The notes under the pieces are model-generated. The model was not told the DNA's origin, searched no databases, and was given only the letters and a program-made list of their open reading frames with translations. A program made the position numbers and the translations under genes. Positions 48,254 through 57,819 of a stretch of 63,803 nt of DNA are shown in pieces. Position 1 is the stretch's first letter. Each line of letters begins with the position of its first letter. The DNA is from Fibrobacteria bacterium (GTDB lineage: Bacteria; Fibrobacterota; Chitinivibrionia; Chitinivibrionales; FEN-1185): the NCBI GenBank assembly GCA_037447435.1, contig JBBIGR010000029.1, forward strand, positions 1-63,803, in the 5' to 3' direction.

Positions 48254-49506
48254 ATACAAAAAAGCAATGGGGATTATTTTTCTTTGCGAGCGCGTTTTTG
48301 ACCTGCGTTGTGGCACTTTACTTCGGCATCACCTATCCGTATCCCTCGAATAAAGAACTCTACTGTTCCATATTGCCGTTGCTCGGTTTGATTTTTTCGG
48401 TCACGGCTTTTTTTGCCGGGCATTTTTCCTATCCGCGTGTCCATAACCTTAAAGTGTATCTGCTCGGATACCTTACCGGTCTTTTCGGCATCGCCTATTT
48501 CGTATTCGTGCGGTTCGTTTATCCGCTGCCCTTGCCTTTTGTCGGGCGCACATATACCCTTGCATTGTATTGTCTCATGTTTATCAATACTCTCGGCATC
48601 CTTTTCGTTCCTTCTTTTGTCAAATACCGCATCGTTCGCACCGTCACCTTGAGCATCATAACCGTGGAAGGAATTTTATTGATTGTCGGCAGGACATCGG
48701 CGCTTGTGACCTCGTGGGCGCTGGTGTTGCAGCCAGACACGATTTGGGATATCCGGTTCTTTCTCGGCTGCATCGTTTTCATCTTGGTACTGCTGTTCAG
48801 CGTCTGGCGTGTGCGCAAGGAATTTTTCTTGGGCGGTCTTCTGGCCGGATGGGCGCTTTTTTTCGCCTGCGCCTGGACATCCCGTATATTTTATCATGGC
48901 GTCAATCCGGTAGAACTCCTTCTTTTTACCGCCATGCCGTTGTATTGTACCGCAGCAGTGCTCGTGCATTGGTTTTTGCGCATGGAACAAAGAATCGCCT
49001 ACGATCCGCTCCTGCATATTTACAATAGGGATTATTGTTCGAAGATCATTTCCGAGCAAAGCAATTTGAACGTGGCGCCGCCGTTCGGGATCGCCATGGT
49101 GGACATCGATCATTTTAAAAAAGTAAACGACACCTACGGGCATCAGGCCGGCGACCAGGTCCTGTATGCCGTTGCGCAGGCGATACAAAACGAAGTGGTA
49201 CCGAGCGGAACGGTTTGCAGGTACGGCGGCGAGGAAATGATCGTGTTTTTTCCGCAAAAAACAATTCGAAACGTTGAGCCGATTGCCGAAAATATCCGCG
49301 CAGCAATAGAAAAAATGAGAACAAAAACCAGAAAAAAAGCATTAAGCGTTACCGTTTCCATCGGAGTTTCGTGCAAGGAGCAGTCCGGGGTTTCGATAAT
49401 GGATGTGATAAACTCCGCAGACAAGGCCCTTTATAAGGCAAAGGAAGGCGGGAGAAACCAGGTTAAAACGGCAAAAACAGCAGGCGATAATGGAAAAAAG
49501 AAATAG
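48250..49506 (+). CDS. Multi-TM membrane diguanylate cyclase (GGDEF domain)
   Basis: Hydrophobic N-terminal region; DIDHFKKVNDTYGHQAGD, RYGGEEM, SIGV, ADKALYKAK..GRN. Confidence 0.9.
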   Translation: MNTKKQWGLFFFASAFLTCVVALYFGITYPYPSNKELYCSILPLLGLIFSVTAFFAGHFSYPRVHNLKVYLLGYLTGLFGIAYFVFVRFVYPLPLPFVGRTYTLALYCLMFINTLGILFVPSFVKYRIVRTVTLSIITVEGILLIVGRTSALVTSWALVLQPDTIWDIRFFLGCIVFILVLLFSVWRVRKEFFLGGLLAGWALFFACAWTSRIFYHGVNPVELLLFTAMPLYCTAAVLVHWFLRMEQRIAYDPLLHIYNRDYCSKIISEQSNLNVAPPFGIAMVDIDHFKKVNDTYGHQAGDQVLYAVAQAIQNEVVPSGTVCRYGGEEMIVFFPQKTIRNVEPIAENIRAAIEKMRTKTRKKALSVTVSIGVSCKEQSGVSIMDVINSADKALYKAKEGGRNQVKTAKTAGDNGKKK

Positions 49507-49523
49507 AAAAGGCAAATAATGAC

Positions 49524-49602
49524 GATTCAAGATTAAAGATTGAAAAGTAAAAATTGTAAAAATCTCTAATTTTGAATCTTTAATATTCAATTTAGAATTT
49601 CT
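49524..49602. repeat. Inverted pair of heptamer tandem arrays
   Basis: GATTCAA GATTAAA GATTGAA AAGTAAA AATTGTA, then AATCTCT AATTTTG AATCTTT AATATTC AATTTAG AATTTCT. Confidence 0.65.
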
Positions 49603-49698
49603 TATACCCCGGCAGGAAGTTATTTTTTGGTTTATAATAGTATGGAAGACCTTTGAAGTCCCTGTAAAGTCTTAGCCCTTTTTTAAGGAGATCGAATA

Positions 49699-50913
49699 AT
49701 GCTGGATGTGCTGTGGGGTCCTCATCTTTGGACCCGTCTTTTGTTTATTTTAGCAGCTTGTGCCGCAGTCGGAACGTTCATATGCACCTTTTTTACCGTG
49801 CTGTATCAGCGTGTCATTTATTTCAAAACCCTGAGACCTAGATTCGACCCGTCGTTTCGTCCTCGCTGCAGCGTCATTGTCCCCTGCAAGGGAACCACCA
49901 AAGGGTTTGAAACGAACCTCCGATCTTTCTGCAAACTCGATTACAGCGATTACGAAGTGATTTACACGGTAGAAAGCGAAACCGACGGTGCCGTTGAAAC
50001 CATAAAAGCCGTTTTGAAGGACAATCCTCGCGCTTCGCTTGTCGTGGCCGGTCTTACGAAAGGATGCGCGCAGAAAAACTGGAACCAGATCGAGGCGGTA
50101 AAAAAAGCGAAAAATCCGGAAATCTATGTGTTTGCAGATGCGGATATTTCCCCGAAACCCGAGTGGTTGTCGGAACTCGTTTTGCCGCTTTCCGACCCGA
50201 AATTGTCGGTAACGACGGGGTTTCGATGGCTGCATGCCGAAGGACGGTCGCTCGGACAACAAACCCATTTTTATATGAATTCATTTTTGTATACCTTGTA
50301 TTGCTTTGCATCGTTTTCGGGGAGCGTCGGCATTTGGGGCGGCTCGATGGCGATCCGGCGCAAGGATTTCGACGATATCGGCGTTGCGGCCCGCTGGGGC
50401 GAAACCGTGGTGGACGACAGCAGTCTTTCGCAACTTGTCAAGAAACACAAAAAACGGTCAATTTTGGTGCCCACCTGCATAACCCATTCCGATGATCTTA
50501 TCACCAGCGTGCGGGCTGCAACGCGATGGTTTGAGCGGCAGATGATGTTCTTAAAAGCGTATCAAAAACCGTTGTGGTGCGTCGCAATCCCGATTATCGC
50601 CGTAGCACTGGTGACCCTCTTGTGGTTGCCGATAGCGTTGATAATGGGGCTCACTACCAAATATTCATTTTTCGCAATGGGCGGCGGCGCAGGACTCATG
50701 CTGTGGCTGGGCAAATTCGCTTCGGATTTGATGTACCCGTTACTCGGGACAATGCCCCGGTTCGGGACGTTCATGCTTTTGCATCCCGTGACCTTATGGA
50801 TATTTTTACTCAGCTGTATGAGAACGGCATTTACCAATACGGTGACCTGGAGCGGATACAAATACAAAGTTTCTTTTGCCACGGGTAAAGTCACCAACGT
50901 CGAACGGATTTAG
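49699..50913 (+). CDS. Membrane GT2 glycosyltransferase (ceramide glucosyltransferase/HpnI-like)
   Basis: N- and C-terminal TM helices, SVIVPCKG, FADAD, WGGSMA, VDD, RWFERQ, TVTWSGYKY. Confidence 0.82.
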   Translation: MLDVLWGPHLWTRLLFILAACAAVGTFICTFFTVLYQRVIYFKTLRPRFDPSFRPRCSVIVPCKGTTKGFETNLRSFCKLDYSDYEVIYTVESETDGAVETIKAVLKDNPRASLVVAGLTKGCAQKNWNQIEAVKKAKNPEIYVFADADISPKPEWLSELVLPLSDPKLSVTTGFRWLHAEGRSLGQQTHFYMNSFLYTLYCFASFSGSVGIWGGSMAIRRKDFDDIGVAARWGETVVDDSSLSQLVKKHKKRSILVPTCITHSDDLITSVRAATRWFERQMMFLKAYQKPLWCVAIPIIAVALVTLLWLPIALIMGLTTKYSFFAMGGGAGLMLWLGKFASDLMYPLLGTMPRFGTFMLLHPVTLWIFLLSCMRTAFTNTVTWSGYKYKVSFATGKVTNVERI

Positions 50914-50918
50914 GCACC

Positions 50919-51536
50919 ATGAATATCGCGGTATTTGCTTCGGGAGGCGGATCGAATTTCCAGGCGCTCATAGACAAAGTAAAGAGCGGGGAATTGGATG
51001 CGACATTATGCGTTTGCATCGGCAACAACGGTAGCGCCGCGGCGTTTGAACGTGCAAAAAAAAACGGCATTCCGGTCAGGCATATTTCACCGTCCCATTT
51101 TTCAACGGAACAGGCTTATGTCGACGAATTGCTCGGCGAGCTTTCCAAATACGATACGGACCTGATCGTGCTCGCGGGCTATATGAAAAAAATCCCTTCG
51201 CCAATCATAGCCGCTTACAGGAACCGCATCGTCAATATCCATCCCGGTCTTTTGCCGTCGTTCGGCGGAAAAGGCATGTACGGTGAAAAAGTGCATCAGG
51301 CGGTCCTCGATTACGGTGCAAAAATTTCGGGAATTACGGTTCATTTTGTGGATGAGGAATACGATCACGGCCCAATTATTCTTCAGGCAAGCACCGATGT
51401 TTTGGACACCGACGACGCGCATACGCTGGCGCAACGCGTATTGCAACTCGAGCATGCGAATTTGTGGAAAGTATGCCGCGCAATCGGCAAGGGCGCAATA
51501 ACGGTGAAGGGCCGGAAAGTATATGGCCAAGTCTGA
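50919..51536 (+). CDS. purN: Phosphoribosylglycinamide formyltransferase
   Basis: ASGGGSNFQA, LAGYMK, NIHPGLLP, TVHFVDEEYDHGPII. Confidence 0.96.
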   Translation: MNIAVFASGGGSNFQALIDKVKSGELDATLCVCIGNNGSAAAFERAKKNGIPVRHISPSHFSTEQAYVDELLGELSKYDTDLIVLAGYMKKIPSPIIAAYRNRIVNIHPGLLPSFGGKGMYGEKVHQAVLDYGAKISGITVHFVDEEYDHGPIILQASTDVLDTDDAHTLAQRVLQLEHANLWKVCRAIGKGAITVKGRKVYGQV

Positions 51537-52164
51537 CAATACGCAAGCCCTGTATTCCTTCGACCGGGAAATTGTACAAAAGCAAGGCCATTGCATAGCC
51601 GGCGTCGACGAGGCCGGCCGAGGTCCGCTTGCAGGGCCGGTCGTTGCCGCTGCGGCGATACTCGATTTGGATGAGCGGATCATCGGCGTCGATGATTCAA
51701 AAAAACTTTCTGAAAAAAAACGGGAAGCCTTATATTCGGAAATTACGACAAAAGTCAAATGGGCGGTCGGCATTGCCACGCCTCAGGAAATCGACAAAAT
51801 CAATATTTTGCATGCAAGCCTGCTGGCAATGCAACGCGCGCTAAACGGCCTGAACGCGCCATGGACATTGGCTCTGATAGACGGTAACGTTTTCATATCG
51901 ACTTTGGATCGCAGCAAGCAGCAGACCGTGGTCCAGGGAGACGCAAAAAGCGCTTCCATCGCGGCCGCATCGATTATCGCCAAGGTGACGCGCGACAGGA
52001 TCATGATGGAATATCACGATGCATTTCCCGAATACGGTTTTGCCCTTCACAAAGGATATCCGACGGAATTGCATCGTAAAAAGGTGCGGGAATTGGGAAT
52101 TTGCAGTATTCATCGGAAAAGCTTTTGCGAATCGATTTTAACGCAAACGACAATGAATTTATAA
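51523..52164 (+). CDS. rnhB: Ribonuclease HII
   Basis: GVDEAGRGPLAGPV, DSKKL, IDGN, SIAAASIIAKVTRD, HKGY. Confidence 0.97.
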   Translation: MAKSDNTQALYSFDREIVQKQGHCIAGVDEAGRGPLAGPVVAAAAILDLDERIIGVDDSKKLSEKKREALYSEITTKVKWAVGIATPQEIDKINILHASLLAMQRALNGLNAPWTLALIDGNVFISTLDRSKQQTVVQGDAKSASIAAASIIAKVTRDRIMMEYHDAFPEYGFALHKGYPTELHRKKVRELGICSIHRKSFCESILTQTTMNL

Positions 52165-52228
52165 TTACAATACAGCACGCTGCGTTTAGCCTTGCAAAAG
52201 AGACATCTCTTCGAACCGGGAAAAAAAT

Positions 52229-52588
52229 ATGAATTTAGAAATATCGGAAACCGGCGGGTGGTACAGATATTCCATGCAATTCCAGGACCGGTGGACGCCG
52301 TCCACGTTTTTCCCGGAGCTCGACAGCGTCATGGCGCGTATCAAGGAACATTTGACCGGAAAAATAAAACCGTCCGTCGTATTCGATTTGTCGCAACTCG
52401 ATAGTATAGACAGTTCCATGATCACGGTGATCGTGCAAACGGTCAGGATTGTGGGCGAACGGAAAATAAGCATTATCGCACCGAATAACGATGTTTACAC
52501 ATGGCTTAGTCTGCTGGGAATAGACCGGCTTTCCGATTTGTTCGAATCGGAAGATGAGTGGCGTGTAAAGAACAATATCATATCATAA
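52229..52588 (+). CDS. STAS domain protein (anti-sigma antagonist-like)
   Basis: VVFDLSQLDSIDSS...L.LLGID. Confidence 0.78.
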   Translation: MNLEISETGGWYRYSMQFQDRWTPSTFFPELDSVMARIKEHLTGKIKPSVVFDLSQLDSIDSSMITVIVQTVRIVGERKISIIAPNNDVYTWLSLLGIDRLSDLFESEDEWRVKNNIIS

Positions 52589-52605
52589 TTATAGCAGGAG
52601 AAAAA

Positions 52606-53922
52606 GTGGCAGACATTCAACCCTTCCGCGGTTATCGGTTTAACGTAGAAAAATCAGAGGACCTTTCCCGTTATATTGCGCCGCCGTACGACATGATCGA
52701 CGGAGCCATGATCGACGCGTTATACGCAAAAGACGAGCATAACGTAGTGCGCGTCATCCAGAACAAAAAGGAATCTTTTGACAAGGAAAACAAAGATCGC
52801 CACGGCCGCGCCGCGAAATTTCTTGACTCGTGGATCGAATCCGGAGTATTGAAGCAGGACGAGTTGCCGACTTTGTATGCATATACGCAGGATTTTTCGA
52901 TCGGATCGGGCGATAATGCGAAATCGTATCGGCGGACCGCGATAATATCTCTTGTCAAACTGGTAGACTACGACCAGGGCATCGTGCACCCGCATGAATA
53001 CACCCTGACAGGACCGAAAGCAGACCGCTATGAGCTTTTCCAGGCAACGGCCACGCAATCGGAACTCATTTTCGGCATAGTACCCGATGAGAACGGTTCG
53101 TTGTATTCGACGATCGCCTCCTGCGTCCAAAGCAAGCCGGTGGGCACTTTTGAGTCCGAAGGCGGCGTAAAGCATTCACTCTATACGACCCAGGACACCC
53201 GGGCGATCGCATCATTGACAAGTGCAATGAAAGACAAATCGATACTGATTGCCGACGGCCACCATCGATATGAGACATGTCTGAAATATTTCCGCGACAC
53301 CAATAACCCCGCCGCAGGGTATGCGGTCATGGCGCTGGTATCGATGGCCGATCCAGGGCTCGTGATACGGCCCTTTCACCGGCTCGTCAGGACGTCGCCA
53401 GGAGCCTTGGCGACCCCTATGCCGCAAGCACTTTCGACGTTCTTTACAGTTAAGAGTTTAGGAAAGCCCGATTTTTCTCAGGTAAAAACGTTCATGGCAT
53501 CGGATTCCGGATACGATATGTTGTTCTGCGATGCGGCACAAAAAGAGATGTTCGGCCTCGTTCTGAACAATGCCGGCGAAAGATATTTGGCCGACAATCC
53601 GCACGAGATGTCGGCCGTGTGGAACAAGCTCAATGTTTCGACGATAAATTCGATCGTTGTCAATCGATTGCTCGGCCTGCCGCTCGACGGCACGGTATTG
53701 CACGATCTTATTGATTATGTCAACGATCCACTGGCCGCTTTCGAACGGGTGACCGGCCCCAGGGCAAACGCGGAATTCCGCGGCGGATTTTTCATTCGTC
53801 CCCTCGACATTGCAACAATCAACACGATCGTGTCGGGCGGCGAGCGGATGCCGCAAAAGTCGACGAATTTCTTTCCCAAGTGTTTTTCGGGACTTGTGTT
53901 TTACCGTATGGGTAACGAATGA
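52606..53922 (+). CDS. DUF1015 family protein
   Basis: I.PFRGYRF, APPYD, PHEYT, IADGHHRYET, MPQKSTNFFPK; GTG start with AGGAG RBS. Confidence 0.9.
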   Translation: MADIQPFRGYRFNVEKSEDLSRYIAPPYDMIDGAMIDALYAKDEHNVVRVIQNKKESFDKENKDRHGRAAKFLDSWIESGVLKQDELPTLYAYTQDFSIGSGDNAKSYRRTAIISLVKLVDYDQGIVHPHEYTLTGPKADRYELFQATATQSELIFGIVPDENGSLYSTIASCVQSKPVGTFESEGGVKHSLYTTQDTRAIASLTSAMKDKSILIADGHHRYETCLKYFRDTNNPAAGYAVMALVSMADPGLVIRPFHRLVRTSPGALATPMPQALSTFFTVKSLGKPDFSQVKTFMASDSGYDMLFCDAAQKEMFGLVLNNAGERYLADNPHEMSAVWNKLNVSTINSIVVNRLLGLPLDGTVLHDLIDYVNDPLAAFERVTGPRANAEFRGGFFIRPLDIATINTIVSGGERMPQKSTNFFPKCFSGLVFYRMGNE

Positions 53923-54938
53923 AAATAAAGCCGGTACTCCAATGGGTCGCCGGCATCGTTCTTGCGGCGGGGGGGTTCTATGTGTTTTTCACCATGGTTA
54001 ATCCCCACCGCTTATTGTCTCAAGTCATGCATACGAGTCCGCTGGTCATTGCGGCTGTCGCGGTTTTGGCACTCATGTCGATTTGGTTGCGCTCGGTTCG
54101 CGCTTCGCTGCTTTTGCCAACCTGCTCCAAAGAGCAGCGGAAAAAATTGTTCCCCATCATTATCATTGCTTTTATGATAAACAACATTTTGCCTGCCCGG
54201 CTTGGGGAAGTCGCCCGCGCAATGTTGTTATGGAAAAACGCCGGCTATGGCGGTGCCGTGAGTGTCGGGTCGGTCATTCTTGAACGGATTCTCGATACCC
54301 TGGTCTTTTTGGCCTGTTTTTTTGTGCCTGTTTTTACGCTGCCGTCGCTCGCTCATTCGAGCGTTGCGGCCGCAAATGTCAAGACCTATACCATGGACAC
54401 CTTTGCGATATTGTTTTGCATTTTATTCTGCGCTGGGATTTTTTCCCTTGTCGCATACGCATTATATCCGAAATGGGCTAAACAAACTGGAAAAAAAATC
54501 CTCGGTATCCGCCTGATACCGGAAAAAATCAGGGCGCGGCTTTTACGGATTGGCGGAGAAATCATCTCCAATTTGGATTGGACGTTTTCCTGGCAAAAAA
54601 GCCTCGCGATCATAGTATTATCGTTTTGCATCATTGCCTGTTACGCATACAGTATAGTGATACTCGTCCGCAGTTCGGCCTTTACACTTTCGCACGGCGT
54701 ATTTTCACAAGCTTTTGCCGCGTTCGGCGCCGCCATTCCGCTGTCGCCCGGCTATGTCGGCACGTTGCACGCGGTGTTTTTACAGGGGCTAATGCTTTGC
54801 GGTGTTTCGCGCGATACCGCAGGGGCAGTCACGGTTTTAAGCCATGCGGTCGCTTACATTACCGTCACGCTGGTAGGGCTGTTTTATTATTTTAGAATGC
54901 ATGTCAGTTTAAAGGAAATTTCAAAACAAAAACAATAA
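53919..54938 (+). CDS. Lysylphosphatidylglycerol synthase TM-domain / flippase-like protein
   Basis: NNILPARLGEVAR, ERILD, PLSPGYVGT, multiple TM helices. Confidence 0.85.
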   Translation: MKIKPVLQWVAGIVLAAGGFYVFFTMVNPHRLLSQVMHTSPLVIAAVAVLALMSIWLRSVRASLLLPTCSKEQRKKLFPIIIIAFMINNILPARLGEVARAMLLWKNAGYGGAVSVGSVILERILDTLVFLACFFVPVFTLPSLAHSSVAAANVKTYTMDTFAILFCILFCAGIFSLVAYALYPKWAKQTGKKILGIRLIPEKIRARLLRIGGEIISNLDWTFSWQKSLAIIVLSFCIIACYAYSIVILVRSSAFTLSHGVFSQAFAAFGAAIPLSPGYVGTLHAVFLQGLMLCGVSRDTAGAVTVLSHAVAYITVTLVGLFYYFRMHVSLKEISKQKQ

Positions 54939-54945
54939 GGCTTAT

Positions 54946-55929
54946 ATGAACGACAGGGAATTGCTTGCCGAAGTCGGTGTAAAAGTAAAGGATATAAAAG
55001 CGGAATTGTCGAAGCAGGTTATCGGCCAGATCGCCGTTGTCGATGATTTGTTGGCATGCCTTTTATGCGGCGGCCACGGGCTGCTCATCGGAGTGCCCGG
55101 TCTTGCGAAAACCACATTGATACGCAGCCTTGCGCAATGCTTGTCGCTTTCGTTCAACCGTATCCAATTCACCCCCGATCTCATGCCATCGGATATTACC
55201 GGATCGGAAATCCTGTTCGAAGACCATGCCGCGGGAAACAGGGAATTTAAATTTGTCAACGGCCCGATTTTTTCGAATATCGTTCTGGCCGACGAAATTA
55301 ACCGGACGCCGCCTAAAACCCAGTCTGCCTTATTGCAGGCGATGCAGGAACACGAAGTTACTTCGTCGGGTACCACATACAAATTACCCGCACCGTTCTG
55401 GGTGCTGGCGACCCAAAATCCCATAGAGCAAGAAGGAACGTATCCGCTGCCCGAAGCCCAGCAGGACCGTTTCATGTTTTCAATGGAAATGGGTTATCCG
55501 TCGTTCGAGGATGAAAAGGCGATCGCGTCGCTGACGACGTCGGATCATCAGCAATCCATCAACCATGTTTTAGACGGACAAAAGATTGCGGCGTTTTGCG
55601 AATTGGTGCGACGGGTCCCGGTTGCGGATTCGGTCATTGATTATGCGGTACGGCTGGCACGGTCTACTCGTCCTTCGGACGAAGCTTGTCCCAAAGATAT
55701 CCAACAGTTAATAACCTGGGGAGCGGGTCCTCGCGCTTCGCAAAGCCTGGTACTTGCAGCCAAGGCGTTTGCGGTGCTCGACATGCGGCCCACGCCCGAC
55801 ATCGACGACATAAAACGCGCGGCAGGTAATGTTTTGCGCCACAGGATAGTCAGATCATTTCATGCCGAAACTGAAGGTGTTTCCGCCAATGATATTGTAG
55901 ACAGGCTAACGGAAAAAAACAGCCGATAA
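54946..55929 (+). CDS. MoxR family AAA+ ATPase
   Basis: GVPGLAKT, RIQFTPDLMPSD, DEINRTPPKTQSALL, ATQNPIEQEGTYPLPEAQ.DRF. Confidence 0.95.
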   Translation: MNDRELLAEVGVKVKDIKAELSKQVIGQIAVVDDLLACLLCGGHGLLIGVPGLAKTTLIRSLAQCLSLSFNRIQFTPDLMPSDITGSEILFEDHAAGNREFKFVNGPIFSNIVLADEINRTPPKTQSALLQAMQEHEVTSSGTTYKLPAPFWVLATQNPIEQEGTYPLPEAQQDRFMFSMEMGYPSFEDEKAIASLTTSDHQQSINHVLDGQKIAAFCELVRRVPVADSVIDYAVRLARSTRPSDEACPKDIQQLITWGAGPRASQSLVLAAKAFAVLDMRPTPDIDDIKRAAGNVLRHRIVRSFHAETEGVSANDIVDRLTEKNSR

Positions 55930-55930
55930 A

Positions 55931-55972
55931 AAAATGACGGCCATTCAAATCCTTTAGAATTGCCGTCATTTT
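55931..55972. terminator. Bidirectional intrinsic terminator between convergent genes
   Basis: AAAATGACGGC...GCCGTCATTTT inverted repeat. Confidence 0.75.
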
Positions 55973-56014
55973 CAGAAGAATAATCGCCTCGTAGGCTCTC
56001 TATTAACTACCGTA

Positions 56015-57715
56015 TTATTCCGAAAATCCTTTGGGCAACTCTTCCGCGGCCGGCGCCGGAGCAACCGGTGCGGATTGTTTCGGGGACGACGAAGCCGAGA
56101 AACCTGCTTGACCGGGTGCGGATTCGCCCCCGGAGCCCATTTGGTCCGCATTGTATGATGCCTCGTGCATGTCGTGGACTTCCCTGATTTTCTTTTTACT
56201 TTCGGTAATATAGGACCCCGTGTTTTTCCGTTCTTCACCGATGGAATAAATTTCTATGGCTCCTCGTCCGTAAACGGGACACGCTTTTTCGCAATACCCG
56301 CATCCGGTGCATTTGTCTTCGAGTACAAAGGGCCGTTTGAAATTACCGGTGAAATTATCGACAATACGGGTTTCGATGGCGTTAAACGGACAAATTTCGC
56401 CGCAAATGAGGCAAAGCTTGTCCTGTTCCCAGGCTATACAACGGGAACGGTCTATGACCGCGGTACCCATTTTTACGAATTTTTTTTCTTCAATATCAAG
56501 CTTTCGTATCGCCTGGGTCGGGCACACATGGCCGCACATATTGCATTCTTTTTCGCACGGCGCGTGTCGCATAACATTATGTGGGGTCCAGAGCCCTTCG
56601 AATCCGATTTCAAGGCTTGCCGGTTGAAGCGTGTTGGTCTTGCATACTTTCATACATTCGCCACAACGTATGCATCGGGCCAAAAATTCGTTTTCGGGCA
56701 AAGACCCGGGTGGTCGGATAAAGCGGCCCTGAATATTTTTAATGCTGTTGATTCCTGCGCGTACCGTTGCGGCAAGGGCAAGTCCCGCGGCCGAAGCTTG
56801 AATGAAACCGCGACGCTGAACATTGAGCTTTGCGTCATTTCCCGAAAATCCGAATAGGCCGAAACCTACCGAAATGCTTTTCTTTTTGCATGCGTCAACG
56901 CAATCGCCGCATACCGTACATTCGGATAAAATGGTGGTTTTAGCAGTGTTGCCGATTGCACGCATGTCGCATTTGCTATTGCAAAGCTTGCAATCGGTAC
57001 AGGTTTCCTGATTTACTTTTCGTTTAAAAATGCCGAAACGGGAAAAAATGGAAATAAACGCGCCCGTGGGGCATATATATCGGCACCAGAACCGTTTTCT
57101 CCAATAATTTGCCGCAATAATGAATACGAAAAACACGAGCGTCGCTATTCCGGTTGCAAAGAAAACCCTGCCGAAATCGAGTTGTGTGAAATTGTCGAGC
57201 CCCATACCCACCAGTGCGGGTCGCAATAAATCGATTGTCGCGGTGACCAGCCATAAAAGCGGCGGAAAAATGACCAAGGTGAATATTCGCGGTGCGATGG
57301 ACATAGGACTGAAAAATCCGAGGAAATTCGCGCCGAGCAATGAAGCGAGGATAACGCCGGTCAAAATGTAATATTTGACGCGGCGATTGGGTTTTGGTTC
57401 GCCGGATTCTTTTTTGTGCTTTTTCCCCAAAACAATGAAATCCGAAAAATCAATAAGCGTGCCGAGCGGGCAAATATACCCGCAAAAAAACCGCCCGAAC
57501 ACCACGGTGAGACCGAGCAAAACGACGGACCAAAGCATGGTGGCTATGATCGCCCGCGAACCTGCCATTGCGACAAAAGCGACCAGAGGATCGAAACGAA
57601 GGAAAATATCCAATGGAAATTTCGTCGCGTTCGGATAAGTGGTAAATAGAAAAATAACGATAAAAAGAAGAAAAGATACGGCCTGCGTCAAGCGGCGGAA
57701 TGTTGACAACCTCAT
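56015..57715 (-). CDS. Membrane polyferredoxin (NapH-like TM domain fused to NapG/MauM-like domain)
   Basis: RFFCGYICPLG, RFWCRYICPTG, six further Cys clusters of CxxCxxCxxxC type, IRPPG, internal RRGF. Confidence 0.9.
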   Translation of the reverse strand: MRLSTFRRLTQAVSFLLFIVIFLFTTYPNATKFPLDIFLRFDPLVAFVAMAGSRAIIATMLWSVVLLGLTVVFGRFFCGYICPLGTLIDFSDFIVLGKKHKKESGEPKPNRRVKYYILTGVILASLLGANFLGFFSPMSIAPRIFTLVIFPPLLWLVTATIDLLRPALVGMGLDNFTQLDFGRVFFATGIATLVFFVFIIAANYWRKRFWCRYICPTGAFISIFSRFGIFKRKVNQETCTDCKLCNSKCDMRAIGNTAKTTILSECTVCGDCVDACKKKSISVGFGLFGFSGNDAKLNVQRRGFIQASAAGLALAATVRAGINSIKNIQGRFIRPPGSLPENEFLARCIRCGECMKVCKTNTLQPASLEIGFEGLWTPHNVMRHAPCEKECNMCGHVCPTQAIRKLDIEEKKFVKMGTAVIDRSRCIAWEQDKLCLICGEICPFNAIETRIVDNFTGNFKRPFVLEDKCTGCGYCEKACPVYGRGAIEIYSIGEERKNTGSYITESKKKIREVHDMHEASYNADQMGSGGESAPGQAGFSASSSPKQSAPVAPAPAAEELPKGFSE

Positions 57716-57763
57716 TATTGGAAAATCCTCTTTTAGTAGTAATGAATAGGTCTTGGAATTAGT

Positions 57764-57785
57764 GGGGCGGTTTGGGGGCCGCCCC
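57764..57785 (-). other. GC-rich intergenic hairpin (mRNA stability element or weak terminator)
   Basis: GGGGCGG-N8-CCGCCCC with no U-tract on the coding strand. Confidence 0.35.
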
Positions 57786-57819
57786 GAAAATCATGCATCG
57801 AATAAAATCGAAAATTTCA

